From positions 18,724,001-18,788,000 of the forward strand of contig CM069151.1 of NCBI GenBank assembly GCA_035221665.1: a stretch of DNA of 64,000 bases, read 5' to 3'. The stretch comes from Okamejei kenojei (lineage: Eukaryota). Below are positions 61,440-64,000 of this stretch, in pieces. The position numbers were made by a program, and so were the translations under genes. Every line of letters begins with the position of its first letter. The first letter of the stretch is position 1. The notes under the pieces were generated by a model that searched no databases, was not told the origin of the DNA, and worked only from the letters and a program-made list of their open reading frames with translations.

Positions 61440-64000
61440 ATATGTTTTTTTTAATTTATTTTTTTAAATTAGAAATACATAATAAAAAGCAATTTGTTTG
61501 TTATAGTCATACATTATTAATATTATTTATATTAACAATTGTATTGTAATTGTACTTCTTTATATATATATATATTTATATATAGATAGAAAATATGAAA
61601 TAAAAAAGAAAACAAAAAAAAAAGAATGGAGTATTCAATTGATTATGCATCATTGGAGCTATATTGTGGATTATAATATTCTCTCATCTATTCCTTAATT
61701 ATGTTTCAGTCAGGTCTCATGCCGAACCAATTTGCACCCCCTTCCAATTATTCAATAATGGGGACCATATATTTATGAATAGTTCTTGTTTACCCCATTA
61801 ATACGCAACCTTATCTTTCCAATATGTAGGGTCTCCGACATTTCATTGTCCACAGTTTAATGTGGGGGGTTAGGGCCTAACCGATTTTAATCAATTTTTC
61901 AATTATTTAAACTATAAGTGATAAAGTTCTTTGTCGTTGTGATAATTGATTCGGTACCTAGGGTATCTAAATATTATTAATTTGAATTTGGACCAAAAAT
62001 GTATTGACTAAAACTTTCCGAAATGATCTTAAAAATTTCTGTCCAAAAAATTAGTATTACTTTTATACAGCTTACAAATGTGTGAGTAAGATTACATTAA
62101 GTGGTTGACATCCGTTTTCTACAAATAGGGGTTACACATGGAAAAAAGTGTGGTTTAATTTGATTTTTGAATAGTGTGCAATCTCTGTAAACTTTAGAAA
62201 TTCGTAATTAAAGAGTGTCTAGCATTTAAAACAGCTTTTATCCCATAATTTAGACCTCATTTTTTTTTTGGACTAGTCGTTTTCTCATGATTGCTTAATC
62301 TTTCTGTCATCGGGCGCTGCATCATTAATACTATTATAAATATAAGTATCAATTTTTCTGTGTTCAGCGGTGTTTATTCAGGCATTGTCAAGAATTTCTG
62401 TCTTTCGTTCTATTTCTTATAAACCTGTGTATTTGAAACTTTAGCAGGTCGCCTATGATTTGTGTAGATATATAGTCTGTTGAAGAAGCCCGTATACATT
62501 CTGTAGTTCCTGAAATGAAGAAAGGCGAAATTTATCCTAGAAATAGATCTCCACACATACATTTCTTTCTTAATAACCCTGTCCATGTCGGTCCATTTTT
62601 CCATTGTTAAAAAAAAAATAAAACTTTTTATTCATATGATCGGGGGTTTTTTTTTTTGTATTATAAATTTATTATATTTGAGGGTTTAGTAATTTTTTTA
62701 AATGTTATGAGCATTGCTTACAAATGGAGAAGGATTAGTAAACAATCCTATTTTAGCGTCTTCTTTAATTGTTTCGGGAATGAGCGAATTCCACTTTTAG
62801 TCTAATTACTTTGGTGGGTATTAACGTCTTATTATGTATAGGTTTTTTTGCTTAACTTTTAGTTAGTATAGCCAAATCGAATCGGACGACACATTTCAAA
62901 AGGTTTATCAATCTTCCTCATCTTCCATTTTTAACCAATTCTGGTTGTTGTGTCCAGGTTCTTCCATCCAAATTATTCATAATTTTGTAAATTTATAACT
63001 GCGCAATTAATATACATTAATATTTGTGTTGTGCTAAACTCCATTTACATTTGAATATTTAATAAGTGTTTTTTTGCATCGCGCTATTCCTGTGGTTCTA
63101 TATCCCAGATACAGTTGTGTGTTGAATATAGACGTTCAACCTTCCTTTAAAATAAAAAATGAGAGAGGTTATGAGAATGGTTATATTCGGGATAAGTAAT
63201 TATATTTTAAAAAATTTGAAAAAGGTATCCCTAAATCATTTGCGGAGAAAAATAGGGGGGAAAGTGAAAAACAATTAAAAAATTTCATCACATTAATATC
63301 TACCCAACTCGAAATTAGGTTAAATGGTTTTTCAATATAAAATAATTCTTAAGTGTCCATGTTCAATTACAGGCGGATAAATAAAGGGAAAAAAGAGGAA
63401 AAAGAATAAAAGAATAAAAGAAAGAGGAAAATTTTATTTAACAAGAAATATATCCTTTGTTTACCTATAAATTAGAGATTTGAAATTAGAGGTTTATTAA
63501 ATGTTGAATAATAACAGTAAAAGGAAATAATTGAAGAATTCTTATCTATCAAAAAAATTGGTAAATCCCCGGACCAGAGTGGCATTGGCTCGGAATTTTA
63601 TTAAAACATTCTATTGATATGCTTGTCCCGCGTGTTAAAGACACTGTTGACATAATTATAATCCAAAACAACAGAAATTACAGGACGCGAATGAATATTA
63701 TTATATCACACCTTATTATACCAAAATAAGATAAATTCGGATTGAGACCCCAGGATCATATAAGAGCTTATTGCTCTTCTCTAAATATGCCAAAAAATAT
63801 TAAACTAAAAATTCCTAGACACTAGATTAAGTAGTAGTGATTAATAAACTGATACAACCAGGATCAAACTGGATTTATTTATAACCAAAATCAGTATTCC
63901 TCATATAACCTAGAGATGATTATTCAATTTTCTAATAATTATATATCAATTCAATTAGAAGCTATTATCACAGAACCTATTTCAGCCATTATTGCTTAGA
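61440..64000. mobile_element. L1-clade LINE ORF2, two segments in opposite orientation (noisy)
   Basis: Minus strand 61440-63370 gives C-terminal motifs (IWD.R..RI..KHL, PPT.KLW, NIWS). Plus strand 63430-64000 gives GKSPGP, PGSYR, LIQPDQTGFI. Confidence 0.7.

Overview
Eukaryotic (vertebrate) genomic DNA. The repeat complement (HE1/V-SINE-like SINEs, CR1, Rex-Babar, Penelope) points to a cartilaginous fish, probably a skate or ray. The window holds the 5' part of one large + strand gel-forming mucin gene that I read as MUC19-like. I traced a TATA box (7795) and 26 GT-AG exons (7883-35222) by hand. They splice into one open frame of 3382 nt: signal peptide, a short RVKR-ended propeptide, then VWD-C8-TIL assemblies D1, D2, D' and D3. 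Two indel-damaged exons finish D3. From about 41.6 kb the Thr/Ser/Pro-rich (PTS) domain is encoded by about 20 tiny cassette exons (about 37-79 nt). These sit in tandemly duplicated intron+exon modules, some of which have lost their exon. Introns carry many LINE, SINE and MITE fragments, including fold-back Penelope-derived elements with hammerhead cores and an L1 with a probable 5' inversion. Sequence from about 35.4-57.3 kb and after about 61.2 kb is indel-rich like unpolished long-read fill, so frames and boundaries there are approximate. All family assignments come from recognised motifs; no database search was run.
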